The notes below the pieces were generated by a model, which was not told the origin of the DNA, did not search any database, and worked only from the letters and a program-made list of their open reading frames with translations. The translations under genes and the position numbers were made by a program. From Candidatus Scatovivens sp. (lineage in GTDB: Bacteria > Bacillota > Clostridia > TANB77 > CAG-508), in assembly GCA_051891335.1 (NCBI GenBank), contig JBJFFD010000035.1, positions 13,829 to 77,828 on the forward strand: 64,000 nt of DNA, in the 5' to 3' direction. Positions 38,487 through 49,199 of this stretch are shown here, one piece after another (within the stretch, counting starts at the first letter, position 1; every line of letters starts with the position of its first letter).

Positions 38487-38488
38487 TA

Positions 38489-40360
38489 TTATTCCTCCTT
38501 ATTCTCTTTCTTTTTATTAGTTAATATTTTTTTAGAAAATATTAATATAAGAATTATAACACATACTATAATTACTACTACTTTTATTATAATATTTGTG
38601 ATATCTTTATCTGTTTTAGTATTGTTATTATTTGTTAATTCATTTTTTATAGATTTCATATCATTATTTTCAATATTTTCATCTGAAAGTATATATTTTG
38701 AATTGTGGTCAATATAAAACTCATAATAATTATCTTTTGTTACTATTATTTGAGTATCTACTTTTTCCAAAGTATCTTTTTCATCATTATAATAATATAA
38801 ATTTAAATTTTCATTTAATTCTTCTCCTAGCCCATTATTATGTTTTATTCTTATTAAGCATTTTCCTGGTAATTGTCCATTGGAAGCAAATTCTAAAACT
38901 ATTCCATTATTAAGTTTTGAATTTATTGAAGAATTATTCTCCTTACTTATATTAAACACATTAACAGATGTATTTATTTGTTTTGCCTCTTCTATATCAT
39001 TTCCATTAAATACCCATTCTACATTGTTATTAGTTAATATTAAAATTTTATTTGTTCCTTTTATTGCTTCAAAAATATTACTTGAAACAATTGAATCATT
39101 ATTTGTATTTATATTTATAGAAACATTTGAATCTAATTTTTGTATTTGTTTTAAGATATCACTATCTATTTTTTCATTATCTATATTTAATATATTATTT
39201 TCTAAATTTAATTCTTTTTCAATTTCTAAAAAATCATTAAAGTCAAAATGTTTTATATTTCCATATTGTTCTGATTTTCTATAATGTGATTCATTTCCAT
39301 CAAAATCTTCTATTATTGAATAATTCAATTCATACTTTCCAGGCTTAGTAGTAGTTGGCACTATAAAATATGGATTTGCTGTATCTATATCTTTTAAATA
39401 TGCTACTAACATGTCTCCTGTGTCATTATTAAAAAATGATAACATTATATTTTCTGCTGGTTTACTAGTTTCCAAGTCAACATAGATTTTGTCATTTAAC
39501 TTCGCTTTTTTAGAATTTAGAACAATTTTATATAATTCTATCTTTTGATTTTCTTCTGTCTCAATATTATCTGTATTATTTTTTACTGTAAAATTAATCT
39601 TTGAATCTAAATATAACACATTATTTCCTTTAGAATAATTTGTATACTGAACAATCTCTCCATTATATCCAAAAAAATTAACTCCAGCCACATAGTATTC
39701 TCCATCAACAAATTTATTGCTTAATGTATTAAAATCTAATTTTTTTGTATTTATATTTAAATATCCAATTATTGGTTTTGCTTCATTTTCTTTATTTCTA
39801 AAGTCAATGCTAATATTAGAAACTTCTCCCGAATAATCTATATCAAAATATAAATCTCCGTCAGAAGTAATAACATTATTTCCCTTTAAACTAATGCTAT
39901 TTAGCTTTATTTTATTTTCCTCTTTTTTATCCTTTATTGAAAACCTAACATTAAAATCTAACTTTTTAGTATTTTCATCTTTAGGATTTAAACTATAATG
40001 AACATATTTATTAGAATCATCTGGGTTTAAAAATACATCGGCTATATAATAATTACCTGCAATTATATTTTGAGTTCCTATATTAGATAAGTCTATTTGA
40101 GGAGCATTTGAATTTTTATTTAATATTGGTACTAGTGCAAAAGAATCTTTTACATCTTCATTTTGTATTAAAACTGTTGCAAAATTAACTTCTCCAGTTG
40201 TTTCAAAATCAAAGTATAATTTTTCTCCAAGTTCTACCTCATTATTACTTGTTAGAACTAAATTATTAATTTCTGGTTTTTGAATATTATCATTAGCAAA
40301 TACTGGTATAAGCATCATACATATTATAATAAAAGCTACTATTATATTTATTTTTTTCAT
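38489..40360 (-). CDS. secreted, C-terminally membrane-anchored repeat protein of unknown function
   Basis: 623 aa. A signal peptide is followed by at least three ~130-aa modules sharing (K/D)(L/I)YFD.(E/D)..GEV...(S/T)..., then an N-rich linker and a C-terminal TM helix with a KKKENKEE tail. Confidence 0.45.
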   Translation of the reverse strand: MKKINIIVAFIIICMMLIPVFANDNIQKPEINNLVLTSNNEVELGEKLYFDFETTGEVNFATVLIQNEDVKDSFALVPILNKNSNAPQIDLSNIGTQNIIAGNYYIADVFLNPDDSNKYVHYSLNPKDENTKKLDFNVRFSIKDKKEENKIKLNSISLKGNNVITSDGDLYFDIDYSGEVSNISIDFRNKENEAKPIIGYLNINTKKLDFNTLSNKFVDGEYYVAGVNFFGYNGEIVQYTNYSKGNNVLYLDSKINFTVKNNTDNIETEENQKIELYKIVLNSKKAKLNDKIYVDLETSKPAENIMLSFFNNDTGDMLVAYLKDIDTANPYFIVPTTTKPGKYELNYSIIEDFDGNESHYRKSEQYGNIKHFDFNDFLEIEKELNLENNILNIDNEKIDSDILKQIQKLDSNVSININTNNDSIVSSNIFEAIKGTNKILILTNNNVEWVFNGNDIEEAKQINTSVNVFNISKENNSSINSKLNNGIVLEFASNGQLPGKCLIRIKHNNGLGEELNENLNLYYYNDEKDTLEKVDTQIIVTKDNYYEFYIDHNSKYILSDENIENNDMKSIKNELTNNNNTKTDKDITNIIIKVVVIIVCVIILILIFSKKILTNKKKENKEE

Positions 40361-40373
40361 TAGTTTATTCCTC

Positions 40374-41324
40374 CTAATTATTTATTTTTATTAAATTTAT
40401 ATTCCCTCCATATGCTGGAGCAGATACGTCTTCTATTATATTTTTAGTTATATTATCTTTTATATCAAAATGAACATGACCTGAAATTATATAAAATACA
40501 TTATATTCTTCTGACAGAATTAAGTCTATTGCTTTTTGAGTAGATTCTGTTGGTTTTATTCCTTCTTCTCCTATTGCTGATATTCTATTTCTAATTCTTG
40601 CAGTTTCTTCTGAGATATATTCAGTAGCTAAAGGAACATGTAACATTACAATTGTCTGTTTTTTCTTTTCTAACACTTGCTTTATTTTATCTATAGCTTC
40701 TTCTTCTATTTTATCTTTACTATCATTTATTGCAAGAATTATTAAATCTTTATATTCCAAATATGAAACTTGTGCATCATTCATAAATTCAGTAAATTTA
40801 GGATAATATTCTTCTTGAGCTTCTTTAGTATGATAATCCCAAGCAAATGACCAATCATGATTTCCAAGTGTATATAAATAATCTTTTTTTAACTTATTCA
40901 AGTTATTCCTCAAAAAATTAAAATTCGATTCTGATGGTGAATCTATAATGTCACCTCCAAGTAATAAAGCATCAGAGTTACTATTGTTTGCATAATTTAT
41001 AATTTCTTGAAATATTTTGTCTGCTTGTACTTTATTAACATGTTGCTGAGTAAACACATCGTTTCTTTCAACTAAGCAACTTTTAATTTTTTCATCTTTT
41101 TCATTTTCATCAATAATGCTTGCATGTAAGTCAGAAATATATACAAATTGATATTTTTCTTTAATATTTTCATTTTTTATTTCTATATTATTTATACTAG
41201 TTATATATTCGTTATTATATATAGGTGTATAAAAGTCTTTCTTTTTTTCTAATTTTGTTATTGTTATTAATACAATTGTAAGTATTATTATAGCAATTAT
41301 TATAGCTAATATTTTTTTCTTCAT
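40374..41324 (-). CDS. membrane-anchored calcineurin-like metallophosphoesterase
   Basis: 316 aa with an N-terminal TM helix and the motifs ISDLHAS, GGDIID, GNHD, MLHVP and SGHVH. Confidence 0.7.
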   Translation of the reverse strand: MKKKILAIIIAIIILTIVLITITKLEKKKDFYTPIYNNEYITSINNIEIKNENIKEKYQFVYISDLHASIIDENEKDEKIKSCLVERNDVFTQQHVNKVQADKIFQEIINYANNSNSDALLLGGDIIDSPSESNFNFLRNNLNKLKKDYLYTLGNHDWSFAWDYHTKEAQEEYYPKFTEFMNDAQVSYLEYKDLIILAINDSKDKIEEEAIDKIKQVLEKKKQTIVMLHVPLATEYISEETARIRNRISAIGEEGIKPTESTQKAIDLILSEEYNVFYIISGHVHFDIKDNITKNIIEDVSAPAYGGNINLIKINN

Positions 41325-41344
41325 TAGCTTATTCTCCTAATTAT

Positions 41345-41908
41345 TTATTTCCAAATCTCAGATTCTTCAAATTCTTTTAATGATTGCCATTTCTGATCTT
41401 TTTCTGATGTTAATATTTCACAGTCTACTTCCGGCCATGAAATATTTATATCTTTATCATCATATTTAATTCCAGATTCTGCTGAGTGATTATATACATC
41501 TGTACATTTATAAGTAAATTCAGCTTCGTCTGATAATACTAAAAATCCATGTGCAAAATATGGTGGTATGTAAAGCATTTTTTTGTTTTCTTCTGAAAGT
41601 TCATATCCTACCCATTTTCCAAATGTTTTACTATTTCTTCTTATATCTACTGCAACATCAAATACTCTTCCTTTTATTACTCTAACTAATTTTCCTTGAG
41701 TATTTTCTATTTGAAAATGAAGACCTCTTAAAACTCCTTTTTTTGATTTAGATTGATTGTCTTGAACAAATTCCTCATCTATACCAATTTCTTTAAAATC
41801 TTCTTTGCTGTAAGTCTCCATGAAATATCCTCTGTTGTCACCAAAAACAGTTGGTTCAATCAAGCAAACTCCTTCTATTTCAGTATCAATTCTCTTAAAT
41901 TTTCCCAT
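41345..41908 (-). CDS. rfbC: dTDP-4-dehydrorhamnose 3,5-epimerase
   Basis: 187 aa, cupin fold, with FGDNRGYFMETY, RGLHFQ and FAHGFLVLSDEAEFTYKC motifs. Confidence 0.9.
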   Translation of the reverse strand: MGKFKRIDTEIEGVCLIEPTVFGDNRGYFMETYSKEDFKEIGIDEEFVQDNQSKSKKGVLRGLHFQIENTQGKLVRVIKGRVFDVAVDIRRNSKTFGKWVGYELSEENKKMLYIPPYFAHGFLVLSDEAEFTYKCTDVYNHSAESGIKYDDKDINISWPEVDCEILTSEKDQKWQSLKEFEESEIWK

Positions 41909-42071
41909 ATCTTTTTGTTTCCTTTCTTATTAAAGTTTCTTTTGTCAAAATCTTTTATATTTATATCATATATGCATCATTAATTCAAGGTCTAAAAAAG
42001 TCAAATTACAATTTCTTTTTAACAGGAAATAAGCATATAAATATTTATATGCTTATTTCAGAATTAATTAT

Positions 42072-42983
42072 TTAATTAAACAATTCACTTTCATATATTT
42101 TTTTATAATTTGTATTTTCTTCATTAATTATTCTTTTTAAATATTTTCCATATTCTGTTTTTGTACATTTTTTAGCTAATTTTTCTACCTGTTCCTTAGT
42201 TATCCATTCATTTCTATATGCAATTTCTTCTAAACAGGCTATTTGTATTCCTTGTCTTAATTCTATCGCTTTTACAAAATCAGATGCATCTGACAATCTA
42301 TCTGGTGAACCTGTGTCAAACCAAGCATATCCATGACCTAAAGGTAATACTTGTAGGTTTCCTTTTTCCATGTATACTTTATTTACATCTGTTATTTCTA
42401 GTTCTCCTCTTTCAGAAGGTTTAATTGTTTTAGCAATTTTAACAACTTCATTATCATAAAAATATATTCCAGGAACTGCTAAATTAGATTTTGGCTCTTT
42501 TGGTTTTTCTTCAATTGAAATAGCTTTTCCATTTTCATCAATTTCAACAACACCATAAGAAGTAGGATCTGCTACTTGATATCCAAATATTATTCCTCCT
42601 TCTTTTAAATTACTCGCTGCTTTTAATATTCTTTGGATTCTTGAACCATAAATCATATTGTCTCCTAATATTAAAGAAACATTATCATCACCTATAAATT
42701 CTTCTCCTAATATAAATGCATCAGCTAGTCCAACTGGTTTTTCTTGAATTTTATATTCAAACTTCATTCCTAAGTTAGAACCATCACCTAATAAATTTTT
42801 AAAAGCTTCTATATGCACTGGTGTTGATATTATTAATACTTCTTTTATTCCTGCCATCATTAGTGTTGAAAGTGGATAGTAAATCATTGGTTTATCATAT
42901 ACTGGTAACATTTGTTTTGATACTGCCAAAGTTACTGGATATAATCTAGTTGCACTTCCACCTGCTAAAATAATTCCTTTCAT
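42072..42983 (-). CDS. rfbA: glucose-1-phosphate thymidylyltransferase
   Basis: 303 aa with [36 protein letters not shown] and YGVVE motifs. Confidence 0.92.
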   Translation of the reverse strand: MKGIILAGGSATRLYPVTLAVSKQMLPVYDKPMIYYPLSTLMMAGIKEVLIISTPVHIEAFKNLLGDGSNLGMKFEYKIQEKPVGLADAFILGEEFIGDDNVSLILGDNMIYGSRIQRILKAASNLKEGGIIFGYQVADPTSYGVVEIDENGKAISIEEKPKEPKSNLAVPGIYFYDNEVVKIAKTIKPSERGELEITDVNKVYMEKGNLQVLPLGHGYAWFDTGSPDRLSDASDFVKAIELRQGIQIACLEEIAYRNEWITKEQVEKLAKKCTKTEYGKYLKRIINEENTNYKKIYESELFN

Positions 42984-43843
42984 TATTTTAATTCCTCCTT
43001 TAAATATTTTTTCAAAGCTTCTTCATAGCTTTCTGGATATATTCCTATACTATGTAGTTTTTCTTTAGATAATTGACTATTTGTTGGTCTTTTTGAAGAT
43101 TGTGGATACATCTTTGCATATTCTTCTGATGTTATTGGATTAATCTTTGTCTTTCTTCCAGCCAATTCCATTATTTTTACAGTAAAATCATACCATGTTG
43201 TAAATCCTTCATTAGTTGAATGATAAATTCCGTATTCTGGCTCTTTTTCCATAATTGCTTCTATAATTTTACACAAAGTTGTTGTAGAAGTTGGACTACC
43301 ATGTTGATCATTTACAACTGATATTTCTTCTTTTTCATTAGAAAGTCTTAACATTGTTTTAACAAAATTCTTTCCTAATATTCCATATAGCCAAGCTGTT
43401 CTTAATATATAATATTTATCAGCTTTTTTTGCATTTTCTTCTCCTAATAATTTTGTTTTTCCATAAGCACTTACAGGATTAGGTTCCATATCTTCTGTGT
43501 AAGCTTTATTAACTTCAAGATTTCCATCAAATACATAATCTGTACTTATCTGTATAAATGTTGAGTTATTTTCCTTTGCAGCTAGCGCAATATTTTCAAT
43601 TGCTAATCCATTTACCTTATTTGCAACTTCAAAGTTAGTTTCGCATCCATCAACATTTGTAAATGCAGCGCAATTTATTATAAAATATGGTTTAACTTCT
43701 TTAACCTTTTTGCTAACAGCTTCTCTATCACAAATATCAAGAGTTTCTATTGTTGTTGAATCAACATCATATTTTTTCTTTAATCTACTTTCTAACTCTC
43801 CACCAAGCATTCCATCTGCTCCAATTAACAATACTTTCTTCAT
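42983..43843 (-). CDS. rfbD: dTDP-4-dehydrorhamnose reductase
   Basis: 286 aa with [30 protein letters not shown] and YGKTKLLGE motifs. Its stop overlaps the rfbA start (ATGA). Confidence 0.9.
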   Translation of the reverse strand: MKKVLLIGADGMLGGELESRLKKKYDVDSTTIETLDICDREAVSKKVKEVKPYFIINCAAFTNVDGCETNFEVANKVNGLAIENIALAAKENNSTFIQISTDYVFDGNLEVNKAYTEDMEPNPVSAYGKTKLLGEENAKKADKYYILRTAWLYGILGKNFVKTMLRLSNEKEEISVVNDQHGSPTSTTTLCKIIEAIMEKEPEYGIYHSTNEGFTTWYDFTVKIMELAGRKTKINPITSEEYAKMYPQSSKRPTNSQLSKEKLHSIGIYPESYEEALKKYLKEELK

Positions 43844-44053
43844 TTGATTACCTCTTCCTTATATATTAACACTTTTTTTACGAAGTCATTTTACCATACT
43901 TTTTTTTATTTTAAAAGAGTTTAATAAAAAAAGCACAAAACTTTCACAAAAAGTACTTTTTTTAAAAAATGTTAATATTCACTTTTAAATTATAAACACA
44001 GTTAATTTAATTTTAATATTTTTATTGTATTTGTTTTAGTATTTCTTGCTGGC

Positions 44054-44079
44054 GGGTCGACAGAGGCGTCGACCCCTAC
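44054..44079 (+). repeat. GC-rich hairpin repeat (perfect copy)
   Basis: GGGTCGAC-AGAGGC-GTCGACCC-CTAC forms a perfect 8-bp stem with the family CTAC tail. Confidence 0.75.
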
Positions 44080-44147
44080 ACAAACCCTACTTTTTTAATT
44101 TTGGTCTGAACAGTAACGCAAAATTTAAAAAAATTTCCAAAAAATGG

Positions 44148-44176
44148 TTGACATTTGTTTAATTTTATGTTATCCT
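44148..44176 (+). promoter_or_regulatory. sigma-A-type promoter for the ORF-free unit upstream of asd
   Basis: TTGACA (44148-44153), a 17-nt spacer, then TATCCT (44171-44176) preceded by TGT (extended -10). Confidence 0.45.
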
Positions 44177-44182
44177 ATTAGT

Positions 44183-44620
44183 GTAGTACATAATTAATGG
44201 CTATAGGTGGAAGTATCTCCCATTTAGTGTATGTTTAATTAATAAAGCTAACTTGGGAGACGTCCCAAATTAGTTTTTGATCTTAAATATATCCAACAAA
44301 CTAATTGGGACAAATTCTTCAAGCGTTTCTAAAATTGACTATTTGTTGGAGTCATTTTAGATTTACGGAAAGAATTTCCTAGAAGAATACTTCCAAAAAC
44401 TAATTTTCAATACTCGCTGGCTGTCATCGCACCATGTTTTTTTACATCTGACCAGCGAGAAAAAAAATAATTTTGCCCTTCGGAGAAAATATCGATTATA
44501 ACTGCCATTTAGGCAATTCGTTCTTTTAATGTTCATGAAAACAAAAAAGAACAAAAAAAACAAATTGGGCAAAATTATTTACCCCGAATTCGGAATAAAC
44601 CGAATCCGGGGTTTTTCTTT
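44183..44620 (+). ncRNA. candidate ~430-nt non-coding RNA or long attenuator leader upstream of asd (unclassified)
   Basis: The unit is bounded by the promoter above and a strong intrinsic terminator: CCCCGAATTCGG-AATAAA-CCGAATCCGGGG (44582-44611) plus a T-run. No SD-preceded ORF is present. Several long helices can form, including TCCAACAAA/TTTGTTGGA (44292/44342), CTCGCTGG/CCAGCGAG (44413/44452) and ATAATTTTGCCC/GGGCAAAATTAT (44467/44567). There is also a mutually exclusive pairing choice for GTCCCAAATTAG. Confidence 0.45.
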
Positions 44621-44725
44621 GTTTTATTTCTTTACTTTTTTTATATTTTTGAATATAATACATATATGGAATAATATAAATATAATATTCTTTAAAATCT
44701 CTTTATAAAAAGGAGTTATATTATT

Positions 44726-45724
44726 ATGAAAAAAAAATATAAATTAGCAATTGTTGGTGCTACTGGACTTGTTGGAAGAAAAGTTTTAGATGTTTTAGAA
44801 GAGTTTAATTTGCCTATTTCAGAATATAAATTATTTGCTTCTTCTAAATCAGCTGGTCAAAAAGTACGATTTTTAGGCAGAGAATATATGGTAAATGAAC
44901 TTAATGAAAATTCTTTTGACGAAGGATTTGATTTTGCTATTTTCTCAGCAGGTGGAGACACTTCAAAAAAATATTCACCTATAGCTTCTTCAAAAGGGTG
45001 TATTGTAGTTGATAATAGCAGTGCATTTAGAATGGATAAAAATGTTCCTTTGATAGTACCAGAAGTTAATAGCGAAGAAATTAAAAAACATAATGGAATA
45101 ATTGCAAATCCAAATTGTTCAACGATACAAGCAGTTGTTCCATTAAAGATATTGGATGATGCTTATAAGATTAAAAGAATCGTTTACAGTACATATCAAG
45201 CAGTTTCTGGTGCTGGTAAAACTGGTGTAGATGATTTAAATAATGGAATTAAAGGAAATCCTCCAACAAAATTTCCTTATCCTATTTTTAATAATTGTTT
45301 ACCACATATTGATGTGTTCTTAGACAATGGTTATACAAAAGAAGAAATGAAAATGATTAATGAAACAAGAAAAATTCTAAATAAACCAAATTTAAAAATA
45401 ACTGCAACAGCAGTTAGAGTACCTGTTATAAACTCTCACAGTGAATCTATTAATGTTGAATTTGAAAAAGAATTTGATTTAAATGAATTAACAGATTTAT
45501 TGAGAAAATCTAAAGGAATAATTGTTCAAGATGATATAAAAAATAATATTTATCCACTAGCTACGAATGCTACTGGAAATAATGAAGTTTTTGTTGGAAG
45601 AATAAGAAGAGATGAAAGTGTAGAATCTGGAATAAATTTCTGGTGTGTCGCTGACAATATTAGAAAAGGTGCTGCAACTAATGCAATTCAAATTGTTCAA
45701 AAACTAATAGAATTTGATAAATAA
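44726..45724 (+). CDS. asd: aspartate-semialdehyde dehydrogenase
   Basis: 332 aa with VGATGLVGRK, NPNCSTIQ (active-site Cys) and RVPV..SHS motifs. AAAGGAG SD. Confidence 0.9.
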   Translation: MKKKYKLAIVGATGLVGRKVLDVLEEFNLPISEYKLFASSKSAGQKVRFLGREYMVNELNENSFDEGFDFAIFSAGGDTSKKYSPIASSKGCIVVDNSSAFRMDKNVPLIVPEVNSEEIKKHNGIIANPNCSTIQAVVPLKILDDAYKIKRIVYSTYQAVSGAGKTGVDDLNNGIKGNPPTKFPYPIFNNCLPHIDVFLDNGYTKEEMKMINETRKILNKPNLKITATAVRVPVINSHSESINVEFEKEFDLNELTDLLRKSKGIIVQDDIKNNIYPLATNATGNNEVFVGRIRRDESVESGINFWCVADNIRKGAATNAIQIVQKLIEFDK

Positions 45725-45746
45725 ATTCTTATTATATCTGCAAAAA

Positions 45747-45767
45747 GAGGAATCACTAAGATTCCTC
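45747..45767. terminator. bidirectional terminator between convergent asd and 45786..47006
   Basis: GAGGAATC-ACTAA-GATTCCTC is a perfect 8-bp stem, with an A-run upstream and CTTTT downstream. Confidence 0.6.
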
Positions 45768-45785
45768 CTTTTATATGTGGTTTAA

Positions 45786-47006
45786 TTATTCTGTTTCAAA
45801 AATATATTCATATAAGTTTGCTGTTTCTTTTGTTTTTCCGTCTAAAAGATTTATAACACCTTTTTCATCATTACTATCCATATACATTACTTTATTTCCT
45901 ACAACATCTAAGAATGTTGAATAACTATCTAATTGCAATAATTTTTCTTCATTTGACCCATCTAAATCCATCTTGTATATAGCTATATTATATTGTTCAT
46001 CACAATAGTTCATAAAATATATAACATTATTAGAAATATTCATATTGTACGCTGCTGTTTTTGAAACTTCAGACTTTTCTCCCGTTTCTAAATTTACTTT
46101 ATAAACATTCTTTTCTTCATTTACATAGTAAACATCATCTTTGACAATATTTATACTATATAATCTTTCTCCTGTTATAGCCTTTCTATTAGAGCCATCT
46201 AAATTCATGCTATATGTTACAGTTTTTGAATTTCCCTCTTCATCTTTTTCTTGTACATTACATATTATATATTTTTCTGTTATTCCTAAAAATCCTGTTG
46301 CATCAGAATTTACAACAGATTTATTTTGTCCATCTAAATCCATATAATAAATATTTGAATCTGTACCTATATAATATATTTTATCTTTTATTGCATAGAT
46401 TTCATAGCTATCGTTATTGAATTGATTATCGTTAATAATTTCTAAGCCAGAACCATCTATTTTCATTTTATATATTTTATTATTAACAGTATCATTTTCA
46501 TCCTCAGGTTCAACACTGTCATCTATTGCAATAAAATATATATTATTCTTAATTATATTTAATCCTAAAATATCCCAATCTTCTGATAGTAATATTTTTT
46601 TATTATCTCCATTTTTGTCGCATCTATATATGCACATTTTTTCTCCTTTTTCATCTGGAGCAACAAAATAAATTTTTCCACCACTTTCTGCCATATATCC
46701 GTAATTTCTTATATTTCCAATTGAATTTCCAATTTTACTATTAAAATTTAAAAGTCCTGCATTATACATATAATATCCAGCTATAATAAGTATAATAATA
46801 ACAATTAATAAAATAAATATTACTGGCGAATGTTTTTTTCTAGTTTTTTCTTTTGCTTTAAATTCTTTTTCAACATTTTCTACTTTATCATCTAGCTCTT
46901 CTTTTTTATTTTCTTCTTTTAATTCTTCCAATAATTTTTTTTGGCACTCATCACAAATAGTTTTTTCTCCTTCTGGTATTTCTTTACCACATTTTGAACA
47001 TTTCAT
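45786..47006 (-). CDS. zinc-ribbon / TM / DUF5050-like beta-propeller protein
   Basis: 406 aa. An N-terminal CxxC...CxxC motif (CSKCGKEIPEGEKTICDEC) is followed by a charged linker, one TM helix, and repeated (I/V)Y(F/Y)....D(G)(S)N..K blades. Confidence 0.55.
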   Translation of the reverse strand: MKCSKCGKEIPEGEKTICDECQKKLLEELKEENKKEELDDKVENVEKEFKAKEKTRKKHSPVIFILLIVIIILIIAGYYMYNAGLLNFNSKIGNSIGNIRNYGYMAESGGKIYFVAPDEKGEKMCIYRCDKNGDNKKILLSEDWDILGLNIIKNNIYFIAIDDSVEPEDENDTVNNKIYKMKIDGSGLEIINDNQFNNDSYEIYAIKDKIYYIGTDSNIYYMDLDGQNKSVVNSDATGFLGITEKYIICNVQEKDEEGNSKTVTYSMNLDGSNRKAITGERLYSINIVKDDVYYVNEEKNVYKVNLETGEKSEVSKTAAYNMNISNNVIYFMNYCDEQYNIAIYKMDLDGSNEEKLLQLDSYSTFLDVVGNKVMYMDSNDEKGVINLLDGKTKETANLYEYIFETE

Positions 47007-47157
47007 ATTTTATTTTCCATTCCTTTCTTAAGATAAAAATTACTATATCTAATATTTTACCTCTATAATTATTATAGTAGTATATTATAAATTAATTTTC
47101 ATTTTATTAAATTATATAAATAAGTTTTTTTAATGTCAAACACTTTGTATTAATATT

Positions 47158-49182
47158 TCATTTATTTTTTAAAACAATTTTTAATACCTCAGAAACACTC
47201 CAAGCTTGAGCAAAAGTACCCCCTGGTTTATATTGAGGTTTTGAATCATATACTTCTGAAATATTTCCTATACACTCTTTTCTATATAATTCCTTTTTAA
47301 ATGTATTATATGTATCCTTAACAAACTTATCATATTTTTTTTGTAATATTAGTTTTTCGTCTTTATTTTTTTCATTGTTAATTAAATTTTCAAATGCATC
47401 TGAGTACAATCCTAATAACCAAACCCATGTAATTCCTTGATGATAACTCATATCTCTTTTAAAAGAATCTCCTTCATAGTTTGCAATATAGTCTTTATCC
47501 TTTTTATCTAAAGTTCTTAATCCACGCTTCATAAGTAATTTTTCAGTAACACACTCAAAAATTTCTTTTGCCTTATCTGAAGAAGGATTTAAAACTGGAT
47601 AAGTGGTAGATATAGCAAACAATTGATTTGGTCTTAGCTTATCACTAATTAAAGTATCATTTAAATACTTCTTTTCTTTATTATAAAACTTTTTAGCAAA
47701 AGCAAGTTTATTTTTTCTAGCCATTTCTTTGCATTTTTCTTCTATATCTTTTTCTCTAAATTTCTTAGCCAAATTTTCTAAAGTTTTTAAAGCATTATAC
47801 CAAAGAGCATTAATCTCTACTACTTTTCCGTATCTAGGAGTAACTACATAATTTCCAATCTTAACATCCATCCAAGTATTTTGAGTATTTTCTGTGCCAG
47901 ATACTAACAAACCATCTTTATCTAAGAATATATTATTATTATCAAAATAAATTCCATTTGCATAATTTTCAATTATAGTAACTAATTTATCAAAAATTTC
48001 ATCTTTAATAAACTCATAATCGTTTGTATATTTTAAATATTTATTAACTTGTTCAAATAGAAGCAAAGATGCGTCTGCACTATTATATAATGGTCTATTA
48101 TCAAATCCAGAATAACCATTTGGAACAAGACCAAATTTAATATCTCTAGTAAATGTTAATAATACTTCTTTTGCAATTTCAAATCTTTTAGTTTTAAGCA
48201 ATATTCCTTCATAAGCAATCATTGCATCTCTTCCCCAATCTAAAAACCATGGAATACCAGCTAATATTGAATGAGTTCCAAATGAAGGCCTTCTTATTAC
48301 AAAATTATCTGTAGCAATAATTAAATCTTTAATAAACTCTTTGTCTTTAGAATTTTCTGAAATTAAATTAGAATTATTAATTATTTTATTCAATCTATTA
48401 ATTTCTTTTTTAATAACATTTTCGCCATCAATTTCTTCAATGTTTTCTTCTAAAGAAGCAACAAAAGTAATTGTTCTTTTTTCATTTTTTTCTATGTCTA
48501 TTTCATATCTTCCTGGAACAATTAAATCTTCTTTTGGGTAAAAACCTCGTTCTTCTTCTTTTATATAGTACATATTTTTAAATATATCATTTTCATGAGA
48601 AATATATTTTGCATCTTTAACATATAAGAACATTGGATTAGAAGAATTATTATCTATTTCAATTCTTACTTTTTTATCTTCTTTAATATTCTGATTTAAT
48701 TTAAAGCAGTGATCTTGTTTATTTATTGTATGGAAATCTCTAAAAGTGACTATAGGAGTTAGTATTAATTTCATAGGAGATTTTCCGTTTTCTATTGAAT
48801 AAGTTACTGTTACAGTATTTCTTTCATATACCATACATATTTTTTTACTTATTTTTACATCTTCTACTTTATATTTAAATTCTGGTATATAATCTTTTTC
48901 AAAGCTTTCTAAATTTTTATATCCATCCGAAATAAAGTTTTCACATACATTAGTATATAAATTATAATTTTTATTTTTTATTTTTATGCTTTCATCTACT
49001 TTTGATAAACAAACAAATCTTTTTGCGGGTGGAGAAAGAGGAGCAACTAAAAGTCCATGATATTTTCTTGTATTAGCTCCAATTACAGTAGATGAACATA
49101 TTCCTCCTATCCCGTTAGTTAAAACCCATTCTTTACCAAGAGCTTCTTCTAAATTTTCTAAATCTTTTTTTAAAATTTTCAT
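47158..49182 (-). CDS. glycogen debranching enzyme family protein (amylo-alpha-1,6-glucosidase type)
   Basis: 674 aa with WVLTNGIGG, RKYHGLLV and GIPWFLDWGRDAMIAYEG motifs and a C-terminal (alpha/alpha)6-type region (GNISEVYD...GTFAQAWS). Confidence 0.75.
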   Translation of the reverse strand: MKILKKDLENLEEALGKEWVLTNGIGGICSSTVIGANTRKYHGLLVAPLSPPAKRFVCLSKVDESIKIKNKNYNLYTNVCENFISDGYKNLESFEKDYIPEFKYKVEDVKISKKICMVYERNTVTVTYSIENGKSPMKLILTPIVTFRDFHTINKQDHCFKLNQNIKEDKKVRIEIDNNSSNPMFLYVKDAKYISHENDIFKNMYYIKEEERGFYPKEDLIVPGRYEIDIEKNEKRTITFVASLEENIEEIDGENVIKKEINRLNKIINNSNLISENSKDKEFIKDLIIATDNFVIRRPSFGTHSILAGIPWFLDWGRDAMIAYEGILLKTKRFEIAKEVLLTFTRDIKFGLVPNGYSGFDNRPLYNSADASLLLFEQVNKYLKYTNDYEFIKDEIFDKLVTIIENYANGIYFDNNNIFLDKDGLLVSGTENTQNTWMDVKIGNYVVTPRYGKVVEINALWYNALKTLENLAKKFREKDIEEKCKEMARKNKLAFAKKFYNKEKKYLNDTLISDKLRPNQLFAISTTYPVLNPSSDKAKEIFECVTEKLLMKRGLRTLDKKDKDYIANYEGDSFKRDMSYHQGITWVWLLGLYSDAFENLINNEKNKDEKLILQKKYDKFVKDTYNTFKKELYRKECIGNISEVYDSKPQYKPGGTFAQAWSVSEVLKIVLKNK

Positions 49183-49199
49183 TTGTACTTCTCCTATTA

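Noticed and set aside
44363-44572. 69-aa minus-strand ORF inside the ORF-free unit upstream of asd
   Set aside because: It has no SD and a low-complexity, Phe/Lys-rich translation. It lies antisense to a promoter-terminator-bounded structured region. A 59-codon plus-strand ORF starting at 44530 was also dismissed because it runs straight through the terminator hairpin.
44183-44620. T-box leader or lysine (L-box) riboswitch controlling asd
   Set aside because: I could not find the T-box sequence (AGGGUGGNACCGCG-like) near the terminator or the L-box AGAGGCGC/GGGG core motifs. RNase P (GAGGAAAGUCC), tmRNA and SRP signatures are also absent.
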